From Ramazzottius varieornatus (Eukaryota > Animalia > Tardigrada), in assembly GCA_001949185.1 (NCBI GenBank), contig BDGG01000003.1, positions 635,633 to 699,632 of the forward strand: 64,000 bases of DNA, written 5' to 3'. The notes under the pieces are model-generated. The model saw only the letters and a program-made list of their open reading frames with translations. It searched no databases and was not told the DNA's origin. A program made the position numbers and the translations under genes. Below are positions 34,617 through 47,900 of the stretch, piece by piece; position 1 is the stretch's first letter, and each line of letters opens with the position of its first letter.

Positions 34617-37552
34617 TCAACGTCTGTCAAAGATTGTAAAATTTCTTGGTCGATGTGGCCGTGTTGGGGGAGGGGGGGGGGCAGTTCGGACAGGGGTGGT
34701 AGTTCGGGTCGTTGTAGGTCTCGTAGTTCGTTCCGTAGTAAATTCGTCGACGCGTGGTTGGAGGCTGACCGTGATCCTGGGCCGCTGTGTGGTGGTAGTT
34801 GTGGTGGTGATAGTGGTTCGAGTTCGGCGTTGTTTGCCCGGCAGACCATATGAGTCATCCTCGTCGTCAGTGGCGTCGGTCAGTTGTTTTCCGCGTCGCA
34901 TGTTATCATCCTGGTCCGTGATGACAGCTTGGGCTGAGGCGATAACGTCGTGGTCCATGATGCGTTGACTCTGCATGTTGCTCTTCATGGCGAAACGGGG
35001 CACGGCCATGTCGACGCCGTTGACGACCTGGGTGACGGTGGTTACTTCACCGGGTTCGACGTTGTTGCAAGCGTCACCACGGCACTGGTAGAAGGCGACG
35101 GCCTTGTCCAAAATCCTCTCATTTGTCATGATATCGCATTCGTCGTTACCAAAACCCCAGGAGAAGACATTACCGGAACAGCCTCGGTTGACGATGATAC
35201 GGCCTGCAGAATACACAGCTGATCAAAAAACTTTTGTTAGTTTTCAAGGTTTTTTGACGTCGTGCTCTTCAGCTTTGTGCACGTGTGTGCGTAAGAAATC
35301 TGGCTTGAGTCGTAATTCAGTTTACTCAAAGTAATTCGCTCAACAAGTTTAGCGAAGTATATTATATTTGGATCAGTGTGAAATCCAAATGGTCGTATTG
35401 ATTTCTACTGATAATCGTGTTAGGGTAGATTCCTCCGAGGTGCTAATGAAATGCTGTCTGCGACCGACAATGCTTACACGAGCTCTCGATACCCCAGAAA
35501 AGATTTCATATTGTCAGAGATATTGCTCTAGACAGCAGCAGCAGCCACACTGGTAATCACAATGGTGCCTCCAGGACAATTATTTACCGTTCGTTTGCCA
35601 AATTGTTAGTTTAACCGAAAAATTTGGGAAATCCTTAAAGTTTTTATGGACTCATCGGAGCAAATGTGATAAGCAAAGAATGCAGAATGCGCACATTTAT
35701 GTGTGCGACCGTGATTATCGAGCACGTTCCGAGGTGTCCGTGGGTAGCGGTACTATACCGGAACATCGTTCGGGCAAAATATTAGCTGTCCCTTTGACTA
35801 ACTTTGAATATCAATTAACTGCAATATTAAATTTCCAGAATATCGTTCGCACAGTGACCGACCAACCATGATACTAACCGACCAACATATCGCACCATGA
35901 GATACATCAAAGACACCCAACGGCTCTCACTGACGCCTTTGGGAACCTTTGAAAATGGACTTTAGTGCCGAATTACTGTACATTGTTTAGAAGCGTCACG
36001 GCTACTAAAAGTGTGGATTTGAACCAATAACTAATCGGCATTCTGCACCATCGGGACCGTGACCAAACGATGTATACATCAGGTAGCCACATGGCTGGAT
36101 GATATAAAGATCAATTAGCGTTCTGGTCATGCGATAGTCATGATCAGCATTATGGACAAACGATTTGAGCAGGTGCCGTAGTCACTGCCGTAAAAACCAC
36201 CAAAAGCGAGAATAGAGAAGTTGCACTTTGCACAGATGGTTTGAACAAACGACAGTTTGGACAAAACGATTACATTTAGAAAAGATTTGTCAAGATAAGA
36301 CAGTCAAGATTTGTAATTCGCCTCGCGATTCACGGAACGAATGGGGGCTTTGTTCGTGAATCACGAAGAAAATCACCCGTAGATTTCAAACGCGAACAGA
36401 TTGCCGTCAGTAATGCCCTGGCTTGCCCGAAGCACTGGGAAGCGTAATCGGTGCCCGGGAAACACAGGGCCTCCACTCCGGACAATCAGTCAATCAGATT
36501 TGCATTTGAGCCGGCTCTTTCTTAACTTGGTGGGCTAAATACTGCCCAACAAATCCCCATGACCAGCAGCGGTCGTTTGTCCCATCGTTTCTCTCAAACT
36601 CGCTCGCGTTGTGCAACTTCTCAAAGCTTCTAGCGAATGCTTTCAAACTTCGATTTTCAAAATTAATTAGTTCTCGTTTGTTCAAACCATCTGCGCAAAA
36701 AGCATCTTCTCTAATATCAACACAGAAAAGTTCGTTGAGAGCGAGAGAGTGAGAGTCGATTATCGGGTTCTCAGTGGCAATATCACGCCCATATTCAACA
36801 TTGTTCTTTTTGCCGTCGCACTGTAGCACCTCATTCTTGCATACTGGGCAATGCTCAATGGTACGCCTGAATGCGCCAACAGAAAGAAAACACCAGTTTT
36901 TTGTTCATCGATTGTGCAAAGGTTTTCAGACAGCTGTCCAATTATTCACTAGTAGAAACTGTCTTATTGATTTGACGATTCTCACGAAACACAGCGTCTT
37001 ACTGCCGAAATAAGATTGTTCAGTTGTTGATCATTAACGAACAAACATAGTGCATAATGAAGCTTGCCTGTCAATACTGTGAGGTTGAACATACCATCGA
37101 CATCGGTAACGATGGCGTTGCAGTGGGTGCTGGTGTCCGGACAATCAATCAAGCGAGCGGCAGACAAAGCTCGGCAGTCACGGTTGATGATTAGATTTGC
37201 TGAACAGACGAAGCACTGAAGTGCCACGCACTCTAAAACACATACCGACATACTCCAGTGTGAGTAACAAGATAGAAAAAAAACAACTGAAAGAAAAACG
37301 TAGAAAAAGAAGTGATAGAACGAACATTTACACATAAAAAAACTGCGCTTTCTCTATGGAAAGCGGATTCATCAATTTAGTAAAATAAAATTTGGCTCCT
37401 ATACCTGTCTTTTGATTTGATTTGAGATTTTTCTTGACTCACCGAATAGTTTGATGCAGACATGGAAAAAGTAATATAGGTTAAGCGAAATTTCATTGGG
37501 TACCTGAACAACAAATCCCGATGAAGACAGTGAGTATTCCCAGGAAACTCAT
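34617..37552 (-). CDS. Secreted Ly6/uPAR (three-finger, quiver-like) protein with Thr/Pro-rich tail; exons 37504-37552, 37095-37232, 34617-35203 (257 aa)
   Basis: Signal peptide MSFLGILTVFIGICCSECVA, LQCFVC...RGC...CRGDACN, two phase-1 introns with canonical sites. Confidence 0.82.
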
Positions 37553-38313
37553 GGCTGGCGAGTGTCCGATGTATGGACGATTGGCGGACGACAGAACGCA
37601 TGCGGACGCGGAAGTCTCTAGCCTGTCATAGCCACCCCTATAGAAAACGACAATCTAATCAAAGAACAGACGAACGAAACATGAACAAAACCTTGGTAAG
37701 TTCTGTTAAAGAACCCAGCCGGTGCCGTCGAAGTGGGCGGAGGCAAAATCATGTTAACCTGTTCTACCTCATTCCGCAATACAGGAGAGGTTTTTCTTGC
37801 AACCACGATTGTCGACTTTCATTGTTAGGTTCATGCCGTTAATAGATCTGAAGCGTGCCAGAGTAGCCACCAGCAATGGAAAATTTCATCAAGCGCAAAC
37901 CGTCAGCGAGCAAAACTGGTGCAGAAGTTTATTTAAATCCTCCGGAGACCCTGAAAGTTTCTCATCAGGCATTGCGGAGCGCTTTAGCAGGGCCAGAAAC
38001 CTTCTCCAGATTTTTCTGGAATTTTTCCAGATTTTTTGGATTTTTTTCCTGGTCATGTCATATGTGATGTCATGTCATGCCATGTAATATCCCATATAAC
38101 ATATCATGTACACGGACGTCACATCACGTGGTCCATGCGTTACCGTTTACAGTCAGCAGCTGGGCTGAGCGACATTTAGGTATCTGCAACAGTTTAAGGC
38201 TCTTCTATAGTCTCGCTGAGGCTACTGTCGGCGCATTTCAAGCAATCAATGAAAAAGCGCTCCGCAATAACGGAGCACATTGAAAGCTGTCGCAATGTTG
38301 TATGAAGAACCGG

Positions 38314-38367
38314 ACTCATTGTTGATCATTTCTAGTTTGTACTCATTGTTGATCATTTCTAGTTTGT
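38314..38367. repeat. 27-bp perfect tandem duplication
   Basis: ACTCATTGTTGATCATTTCTAGTTTGT occurs twice in tandem. Confidence 0.9.
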
Positions 38368-41300
38368 ATTCACGCAGAAGCATTTTTATAACTCCCTGCT
38401 ACACATCTATCGGGGAAGAGACAATAATAGTCTTTCACGAAGAAGCTCTTGCTACGAAGAAAGTATCATGTCTGGTAAGGTGCGGTACGCTTATGAACGT
38501 TGAAGCAATATCATGGTGCCCCCTGTGGTCAGCTCTTGGGAGCTTTTGGTCGTTGTAGAAACGTTAAACAAATATTGCAAAATAAATAGAGGCTTCAAAT
38601 CGAAACAGTGAGGTCCCACTGAAAGCACTGTTGAGACGGAACGAAAGTTTGCCCGGTGCTGTGTGCTGACTAAGAAGTTTCACGTCCGAAAGTAACCTTG
38701 CAAGGTCGGGTGCTCTGGTTCGTGGAATGTGTTTCGGTGAAAGAGTTTCGCACGTATAACGCTGCAAATCCTTACGACGTCTCCAGAAGCGTCAGAACCT
38801 ACTTTGCTTCGTTCGTCTCTTCCCTTTCATGTAGTTCCTGTTTTTCTGCTGCTAGACAGGCATTGTTCCGCTTTGAGTCAAAACATTTAGTATCTGCCCA
38901 ACTTACTCACCAGGGCTTTCACCAATGGCATGGTTGAGGCCCACGCGCCGGAAACGGAACCCCTCTGCACTGACTTCGACCATGAATACCATGTTCGCAC
39001 TCAAAACCATCGCAGCGCATGGCCTGCAACGATCTAACTCTGTTCACGTCGAGGTGAACACCACGGAGAAGAAACTTTAGCTTTCCGCTTGGGATAACTG
39101 TTTAAATTACAGGGCATTTCGTTCTAGGGCTTCTTTTGTGGTTATTATTGTTGCTTTCTGGCCTAATTACTATTGCACATGGAAGCAGTTTGCGAGGTAC
39201 AGTGCACAAAATGCCTCCCTAACTTACCCTAACCGTGATCGAGTGGTCCTACAGCATTAGTCCTACACGGTAAGTCGAGTCACGTCACCACGGGTAGGGA
39301 TGCACTTTCTACGCTGAATCTGAGTTGAAGATTGAGTCGCTGTTTTAGTGAGAAACCAAATGGTCTCCATTTTTTGAATCGATTAATGCTTCTGGCTAGA
39401 AGCACCGATGGGACTATTGGGACACGCCAAGCAACGCCTTTCGCATCCAGGAGAAACTTGGGTGACGCCGAATACTGAAAGCTGTGTTTTGAAACCTAGC
39501 TGCCCTGATTCCGACATCGTATTCATTGACTACATCGAACCTATACAGTAATTAGTGCCATGAGCAACGTATCCGTCCGTTGACCATGCATGTTGTCTTA
39601 TACTGATAGCCCCCCTGGGCTCGCTGTTTTGACCTCCTGTTTCAAAGAGGTAGAGGCTGTCTGCGCACCTTCGGCTGGCGTGTCTCCGCAAAAGGCAACC
39701 GGTTCCGCGATCGTTGTACATTAACGTGACGCACAAATATTCCGATCATAAACATGAGCCGTTTGAGCCTGACATCGAAGAGTCTGGAGAGGAAATTCGC
39801 GGGATCGGGGCGCTTCGAGGTACTTCCGCGCCTTAAAAAATCGGGGTCGCTGCTGAATAGTCTAAAGCCGAAATCGAAGACAATGTCGCCAAAGATGGTT
39901 CACAACTACACGTCTAACTTTCTTTCCAGCAGCATCACACTTACACCTTCATTGGGTCTGTGATGCACTTAGTCTAGCCTCTTTTGCGAGCCTTAATCTT
40001 TTAGTTTTCAATCGAAATACTGGAACGCCCTGCTCTCCAATGTGACGTACAGTTCGTTGTACCCACATGATACCGCAGTTTGAACACATTGTCCAGTTTC
40101 AGTTCAGCAACGAGAGCTGTTCTCAATTGTTCCTTCAGCCCAGTCAACTTGTACCTGACAGCAGTTACGGGTAGTGTTTTGCGTTCTTATACGTGGTCAG
40201 AAGCGAGCCGTGGCACACGTAGCGATTCACTTCGTCTAACGCTACTGTGATGTCCTTCCTGATACCAAGGTCGGTACCTTCTCTGGAAACCAGCACGGAG
40301 TTGCGGCCAACCGGGTTCTTGGACGGTTAACGCCACCTTTGCGTCAGGCGACAGCAAGCAAGCTGTATTTGACATCAGCAAGAACCTTCAGTGTGTCGCC
40401 TGACACCACCGTACTCTCCTATTCGCAAGATGGCATAGATGGCGGTGCTCAGTGAAGTTAGATACTCCATATTCTCCGCTCTCTGTGACGATCATGCATA
40501 AATTTACCGGTGAGTCTTGCTAGTTTCCGCCCGTGTTTGACGTCAAACGCTCTGGAAATAGGCGGTCGTTACTCAGACTTCTTCCTCAAGGAATTCATGT
40601 TTGTATCACCTGAAAACACAGTTCATTGATTTCATTCCAGAGCACGTCCCTCAGAGAATTCGTCAAGGAACTAAGTGTCCCAGGTAGCATCTCATGACTT
40701 TCTCTTTTCATCGCTCTATGGTTTCCCGACAAATGGAGTCACCGACAAGAACCAGACGGACCTTTGAATTACAAAGATATCGCTCGATCGCGATCCGGTG
40801 TTCTTACCCTTCTCGGACGAGAACGTCGGAGTGATCAACTCGATGGTAAACAGCGGCACTGAACGCTGTGGACTGCGAATGAATAATGGCAGTGGATGGC
40901 CCTTCTCACTCTCCCGATGGAAAAAGAGCGTTCCCATCGTTACCTTCCGTAGTGCTCTTCAGGTTATCAGTGACGAGTGCAGATCCACAGCATGAGCCAA
41001 GACCAAACAGAAAGTCCGTAAAACGGCGCGATTCAAGATCGAACGTTCTTAGAGCAGTAGCAGTCTGGAGATATCCAGTGAGCTTTTCCGGCATGGAGAC
41101 ATACAGACTTGGTGTCGGCACACACTGCTTCAAACTACCTTTACTTAGGTTCCTAAATTAAAAAACTCGTCCCCACTCTTGTTCCGCAATTCCGAACCTT
41201 AGAGGTAGCAAAACTGATAAGATATCTGCCTCGGAAAGAAGGTATATCAGGCGCAATGTTAAAAAGCCAATCGACGTACCATGATCAAGCAACCAGCTAT

Positions 41301-41850
41301 TTCTAGTAATGCTCCGTCGATGTCACCATGCCGGCTACGTCGTACGGATCCGGAACAAGTTGACTGTACACGCCAGGACTAACTCTAGATAGCCAATTTC
41401 TCGAACTTTGAAGGGAAATGGCGTAATTCTTTTTACTAGGCAAAGTTCGGAATCGTCATATCGATAGCGAACAAAGTCGCTCTCGCAAAAGTGACGATTG
41501 TCAAGGGTAGTTGGGATGGTGAGCGGGGTGTCAGCCGTGGGTCCACGATATCAAGCCGAATATTTCCTGAGGCGAGTCGCAAACAGCTAAGGCCATAACC
41601 GATATCTTTCGGATCGCTTGCCTACAGTATAATTTCATATGTTTAATATAGCATCAACTCCATCACGGACGAGTGGATACCCGGGTACAGGTTCAAGCTC
41701 CCTCACGAGTTCGAGCCACATGGGGAATATGGCTATCCACCCTTCACACATTCTGAGATGTGGGCTGAGAACCCGACATTGGTTCTCTCCACTGGGCCCG
41801 AAGTACAATCGCAGCCTACACTGAGGCTGAGTCCCATAATTATCTGGGTA

Positions 41851-42015
41851 CAGTGTACGACAAAATAAACCGTTACAAATGGGTGTATGGAGCCAAATGG
41901 TTAAAGCCAATGAAATTTGCGCTTGCAGCAAAACCTGATTCTCATTGGCTGAGTCGTAAGTCAGCTCAGCTGGAGTGTTACGCCCATTTTTAACGGTTAG
42001 TTTTGTCGTACACTG
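41851..42015. mobile_element. Tc1/mariner-type MITE family B (165 bp)
   Basis: TA flanks; TIR CAGTGTACGACAAAA..AACCGTTA.AAATGGG; a related end fragment lies at about 60583-60622. Confidence 0.88.
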
Positions 42016-43158
42016 TACCCTTTACGGTACTTTCGGCTTAGGTAGGCATGCTTGTTAGGTTCTCACCTGTAGGTTTTCCTAGATACGTGCGCGCTGTTCG
42101 TGCGGGACAATTTGCTGCGTCGGGGACGCTTGGAAAGCTCCTTTGTTATTGATATTTCCCATCAGAGCTCCCCGTTTTTTCAATTTCTGTGGGTCTTGGT
42201 GGACGTGATGGGAGCGAATTGCTGTACCTAGTACAAATTTGAATTCTCGGAAATGACATCATCGACAGGAGAGTATTTCAGTGACTGACAGAGGTAGGGG
42301 GTTGTGGTCGAACAGAACGTTTGTGAATCTAACCAGCAAAAGCGAGCTAGATTCGGTGACTGCTCAGACAATGGCAGATCAGGACGTGACACACCGGAGA
42401 AGGATACGAACTTGTACATATATACACGAGCAGGATCCAAGGATTATTCACCATATTACTACATATCCGAACTTTTCAAACTTTTTATGCGGAACCGGAC
42501 TACTGGAGGGTCTCCCATATTTCTCGTTCAAACCCCGCTCGTCCACCGGTTGACTGATTGAGCCGGTGAACCACCTGTCACGTGATCTGAAAGTCTTAAG
42601 TCTGCCCTAAGTGAAGCTGTTTGAATCGTTAAAGTCGGACGACGGGAACGTGAAATACAACAACGCAACCGAGGACTAGAGGGTGACGCTGACCCATGGC
42701 CGTGACTGTACGTACTCACTTTTCAATTATCCCCAGAAAATGATACAGTGGTCAAGAAAGACATCTCAGTAACTCGTAAGAACACTCTTGCGAAAAGAGC
42801 GGCAAACAACAGAAGTAGAACGAAGTTCGTTCTCGACAAAACAAGCGCTCTTCAGCTTTCACGAACGGTGCCGCGCACGGTTGCAGACGGAACGTGTGAA
42901 CAAGACGAAATAAAAATGGTCGTTCAGTACGCCGGAGAAATTTGGGTGTAAGACACAACAGCTATTCATAGTACTTCGTTTCAGCCAAACTTCAGTGCTA
43001 CTATTTTGCGAGTACGAGTGGTTTGGAAGCTTTTCTTACTATTCCACAGTGGTTAGCCATTTATGTGATTTTGCACTACTCGTACTCTAAATCAGTTGAT
43101 GATTCTTCCTGTTTCTAGCCCTCGTACTTTTATATTAAAGTTACTAGTTTCCGGCAGA

Positions 43159-44393
43159 ATGGATATATTATTGGTCTTGGGAGTCGGCGCCACGTTAGTG
43201 TTCGCCCTTTTGGCACAATCAGGTAAGCAGCTCAGATAAGTGTCCCGGACGTCAACCTTCTCCTCCGTCTCATGATGACTTTTTTCTTGGAAGCATGGTA
43301 ATCTTCGGTAAATTTTGGCGTGCGCAAGCAGATGAGGATGTGTTTTTGTGATCCGTAGGGAGAACAAATGGCAGCTTCGTGTTCGGTAAGATCGACCCGG
43401 CAGTGCGGCGCGCTATGATTGACTTAGTGGTCGGATCGTAAGTACTGCACCGTTAAGCCTTCCGTCGGATGTATCTGTTAAAGCGAAAGAAACGGTTTTG
43501 TCAGGTCTCACGTGGATCCGGATACATCAAGACAATTGATCAAAGGATTGCCTCCAGGACTAGTATCCCCGCTAAAGGTGGTGGCTCTAACTTTCTCGGA
43601 TTTGTCCGTGAAACCAGCGGATACGGCGCCGAAGTCGCAGTTCGACTTCGACAAACCCTCTGACCCAGACGCGTCCGAGTTGGCTGGATCGGATCCAGAG
43701 ACTTCAGGCCACAGGTCTCAACTGAGGCGGGTGGTAAAAACTGGCCTGAATCTGATGGTTGTTCCCGTTGAATCGTCAGACACGTCGTCGCAGTCTAACG
43801 CTGTGGTCTCCAGCGCACCTAGCGCTGGTTCCGGAATCGGATCGCAAACATATTACAATAGCGGCTCTTCTCCGCCCGTGACGGGTTCCTCGGTGAGGCC
43901 GCCGACTATGACGACGTCCATCCGCATCACGTCTACCATGGCCAACTATCCAAATTACGCTTCGACTGGACAACGAGTTTCTTGTACTCCAGATTTCGCA
44001 CATTCTTCAGTGAATGGTCAGTGCGTGATTGTGGACCAAATGAACCAGCTATGCGGGCCGAACTTTGAGGCAGCACAATCAACGAAGGACTGTGGCGCTT
44101 TTGCTGGCAATTGGTGCTGTTACGGTACGGTCTTCCTCTTCAACCTTCTAGCCTTTCCGTTTTGAATAATCCGTATTGTCTCGATGTGTGCCAAACATGT
44201 TTTACATATTGGTGATCTAGAGTTTGGTCGTAGTGCCCATTCGTACGTCGGAGACCTCAACGATGAGACCAGGCACGACGATGACGTTCTCTGTTGGGCC
44301 GACTGCATCCTCTCCGATCCCCAGCTATCCAATAGGGGCATACTATCGATAGTACTGATAAAATCTTCTGTAACTTGCTCTAATTCCCGATGA
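43159..44393 (+). CDS. Orphan secreted protein with Ser/Thr-rich linker and 6-Cys module; exons 43159-43222, 43359-43437, 43505-about 44124, last exon from 44221 (frame and end uncertain)
   Basis: Signal peptide MDILLVLGVGATLVFALLAQS; phase-consistent GTAAG donors; Cys spacing C-x12-C-x9-C-x12-C-x7-CC. Confidence 0.7.
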
Positions 44394-44985
44394 TGGCTTG
44401 ACCTCTGATTTCTTACAGAAAGCAAAGTTCTTTCACGGTATGCGTAGCTTGAGGTCGACCGCAAGATTTGCCACTGCACGTAAATAACACTGGTTAAAAT
44501 TTTACGGCAAAATATTTGTTATTGTTCGAAACAGTGTCTGGTATAGTATTTCTGCGAAGTGGGATGAAAGGGAAATTTTTCACGAGATAAGCGACGAGAG
44601 TCAGTTCCACAGTGAGCCAGCTGGGGCTGCATGGAGTTTCCGCAGTGACGTATAAGTCCGCGAGGACGTAGTCTGAATGCAGCTAAAACTTCTACCACGT
44701 GGCCGCAGAAGCAATAAACCTTGATCTCGTGGTATGCCGGTGACGTCATTTGATTCGTATCCACATGGCTGCCTTTAATCACAAAACGTGCTTAACAAGC
44801 TGGGCATATCGCGTTACTTTAACTTAATCCGTTTCCGTCTGTTTACCTTTGTAACCTGTCGCAAACTCTAATCGTCAAGCCTGCTCCACCAGAGACCACT
44901 GCACTGTGGAAACCATGCGTGACACATTGTAGTGTACTCTGGACGAAAGCCATGATCCTTGGGAAAACGGGGAATATTTTAGGGA

Positions 44986-47900
44986 ATGAGCGGCCACATC
45001 GGTGAGAATATTACTGTTCCAGCTGCTGATCGACAAATGTACGAGAATTACTTCGCTCAACTACGGTCGAAAGATGGCTTTGTGGACAGCTCCACAGCTA
45101 GAGAGTTCTTCTCCAAGTCCGAGCTGCCCAAGAACGTCCTGGCGGATATGTGGTCCAAGGCTGATCGCTCCAGGGATGGCCGATTGGACGTGGAGGAATT
45201 CTGTATCGCCATGCACATTCTCAGGACTGCTCTGCATGGACAAAAGAACGGACGAAGTGCCTCGTCGCCTAACATTCATGGGATATCAGCCTTGACTCCT
45301 TCTCAGAATGGATCGGGAATTTCGCGTATCAAGGCTGAAGATGAGAGAAGTAGATCGGGCTCGGAAACGACCTGGGACTTCTCTAAATTCGCCACAACGC
45401 TACCAAAAACTTTCAGTGACTTCGAGGTAATTTCTCCCGGCAATCTATGCACTGTAGAATATCCTTAAATTTTTTGATAATCTTCGAAGAACCTGGAGTC
45501 TTCCGAGAAAAATCCAAAAGAAATTCTTTGAGGAACTCAGTGTTTATTTGAATTTGCCATCAATTTTCAGTTTTTCAATTTTCACTGTGTCAAGGCCAAG
45601 GTGCGTCATGCACATACGCACACTTCCGGCTGTCTCCCAACTCTCAGTGAACCATGAAATCACGGTATCCTGGTGCGTGATACGTATGGTGCGCCTCACA
45701 CTGGAACGCGCACCAGAGTATCCATCACCTGCTTACTTGTCACGTGCTCTCGTGCTTTTCCTCGCTTTACACGTGACCAAATGTGCAGCTAGTTGATCGG
45801 GGAATGGCTTGATTGGCGACAGTCTGACTTTCTTCAATATCTTTTTCAGACCATGACAGTATTTCCGGATCTACAAAGATTCTCCCCATCTTCCTCCTCT
45901 ACTTCAGGCACCGTAAGCACGCTTAGACGAAGAAAGAACGTTCAGCGCTCAAAACTGTCGGATTTCGTGGCCAGAAAGCGACTTGACGTGGTCCAGCAGA
46001 AGAACGAACTGGAAGCCCTGACGAAAGAACTCCGCGATGTCTCTAGCACAGCCAGAGACGACAAGGCCAGACTGGAAACACTCAAGAGCTCGATATCCGA
46101 AAAGAAGGCGCTTGAAAGACGGCTGGTCGGTGTGGTGGAAGAGACGTTAAGACAAGAAGGAGTCCTGAAGTCTTCCAACGGGTTGCTTGAGAAGAAAGTC
46201 AAGTCCGTGAAAACATTGATCGAGAAAGAGAAAAGTCATCAACGTTCATTGAGCCAAATTAACAGTGTTCCAGCCTTTTCATCTGCGGAAAAGGCAGAAC
46301 TAGAATTGGCGATCGAAGAAGCGGGAAGAAGAAAGACCGGAAGCGTAGCAGAGCTCAAGAAAGTCGAGGAAGCAGTTGGAGTTGCAACAAGAAGGAACAG
46401 ATCACAGACGCTGAGTTTCCATGAAATCGAAGTGAATCTGAAGATATACTTGGAGCAGAATCGAAAACTTGTAGAAGAGTTCAAATCTAAACAACGTCTC
46501 GTCCAAGATTTACAAAGGTTCTCCTGGGCTTCAGTCGAGACTGAAGCCTCTTCTGAACATTCGAGTAAGAAAGATGGCGGAACTGACGACGTTGACAGTT
46601 TCCGGGAAGACGCAAAAGAAATCGAGTATGGTATTGCTTTGTATTCCTACGAAGCTCGTAACAACGACGAGCTGTCCTTCAACGCGGACGACTATATCGA
46701 ACTTCTTCCTTCAAACGAAGCCACGACGGACTGGTTGTTGGGTAGAGTGTTTGGGGGAGACGGTGCCGTGGGGTACGTGCCTGCCAACTACCTGCAGTTT
46801 GAGAAGAATGACGAGTACTTTGATGAAGATTTTACGGACCGAGCTGAAGTCTCGAGAGACGAGAAAGACGAAAGTAGTGTCTTGAGGAAGAAGGCTGTGA
46901 GAGAGCTGGTGGACACGGAGGAAAGGTACCTGGCCGATATGAAGACAGTCATGGAAGTTTTCTACGAGGAAGTGAAAAAGAGTGGCAGTTGCAGTGAAAG
47001 CGAGTTAGAAGTAAGTCGAAACTGTGCGGACACTCTGTAGGAAAACTAAACTGTTGAAAAACGACTGAACACTTGGGAATTAGGTAAACAAACTCGACAA
47101 AATCGTCTTTCGGAGTGACGCATATTGGGCAGTTTTACAAGCTGGAACCGTGCGCCACTTGAAGAAAACTGTCTTGTCGAATTTTTGTAAGTGGCGCACA
47201 TTTCCAATGTGGCTGGCTGGCTGTATGCGGCGCTTCGAAAATTGATCTCGTCGAGTTTGATTACCTAGGTTGCATCAAAATATTTTGTTTTACTTTGCAG
47301 GAAATTTTCGCGGTGTGGAATCCTCTCATCGTCTCCTCAGAGAAGTTGTGTGCGGTGTTTCGACGGTACGGCTCCGAAGTCTTCGACCAAACCGGTAGTA
47401 TCCTGCAAGACAATCTTCCCGACGCTGCGCCGTACATCGCCTTCTGCTGCAATCAGGTAAAGATTTGCGAGTTGATCCGTGAGAAGACCAGTAACAGCCC
47501 GCAGTTTGCCGAGGTGATTCGACAATGTTCGCAGAACAGTCGGTTACAAGGTCTACCTTTGACCGCAGCTTACGTCAAACCCATGCAGCGCATCACACGT
47601 TACCCCTTGCTGATCAAGCGCATAATCGAGTCGACTACACCTTCCTTTCACGATTACAGTTATTTACAAACAGCGCTGAACCTTGCCGAGAACTTGTGTC
47701 AGAGTGTCAACGAAAAAGTCCGTGATTGCGAGAATCGCGAACGCGTTGAATGGTTAGGGACACACGTGGCACTTGACAGCTACAGTGATAAGATAAAACT
47801 GACGCCGACGATGGCGTCACTGAACACTGATAAGCATAAACAGGCGGATGTGACGTCACAAACCAATCATATGGGCAACCGTGTGTTACTGTACCAAGGC

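Noticed and set aside
34400-34968. Overlapping ORFs 34400-34858 (-) and 34585-34968 (+)
   Set aside because: Alternative frames of the Thr/Pro-rich Ly6 exon.
36205-36740. Short inverted matches (CAGATGGTTTGAACAAACGA) in the Ly6 intron
   Set aside because: Probably an old MITE, but ends and TSD cannot be defined.
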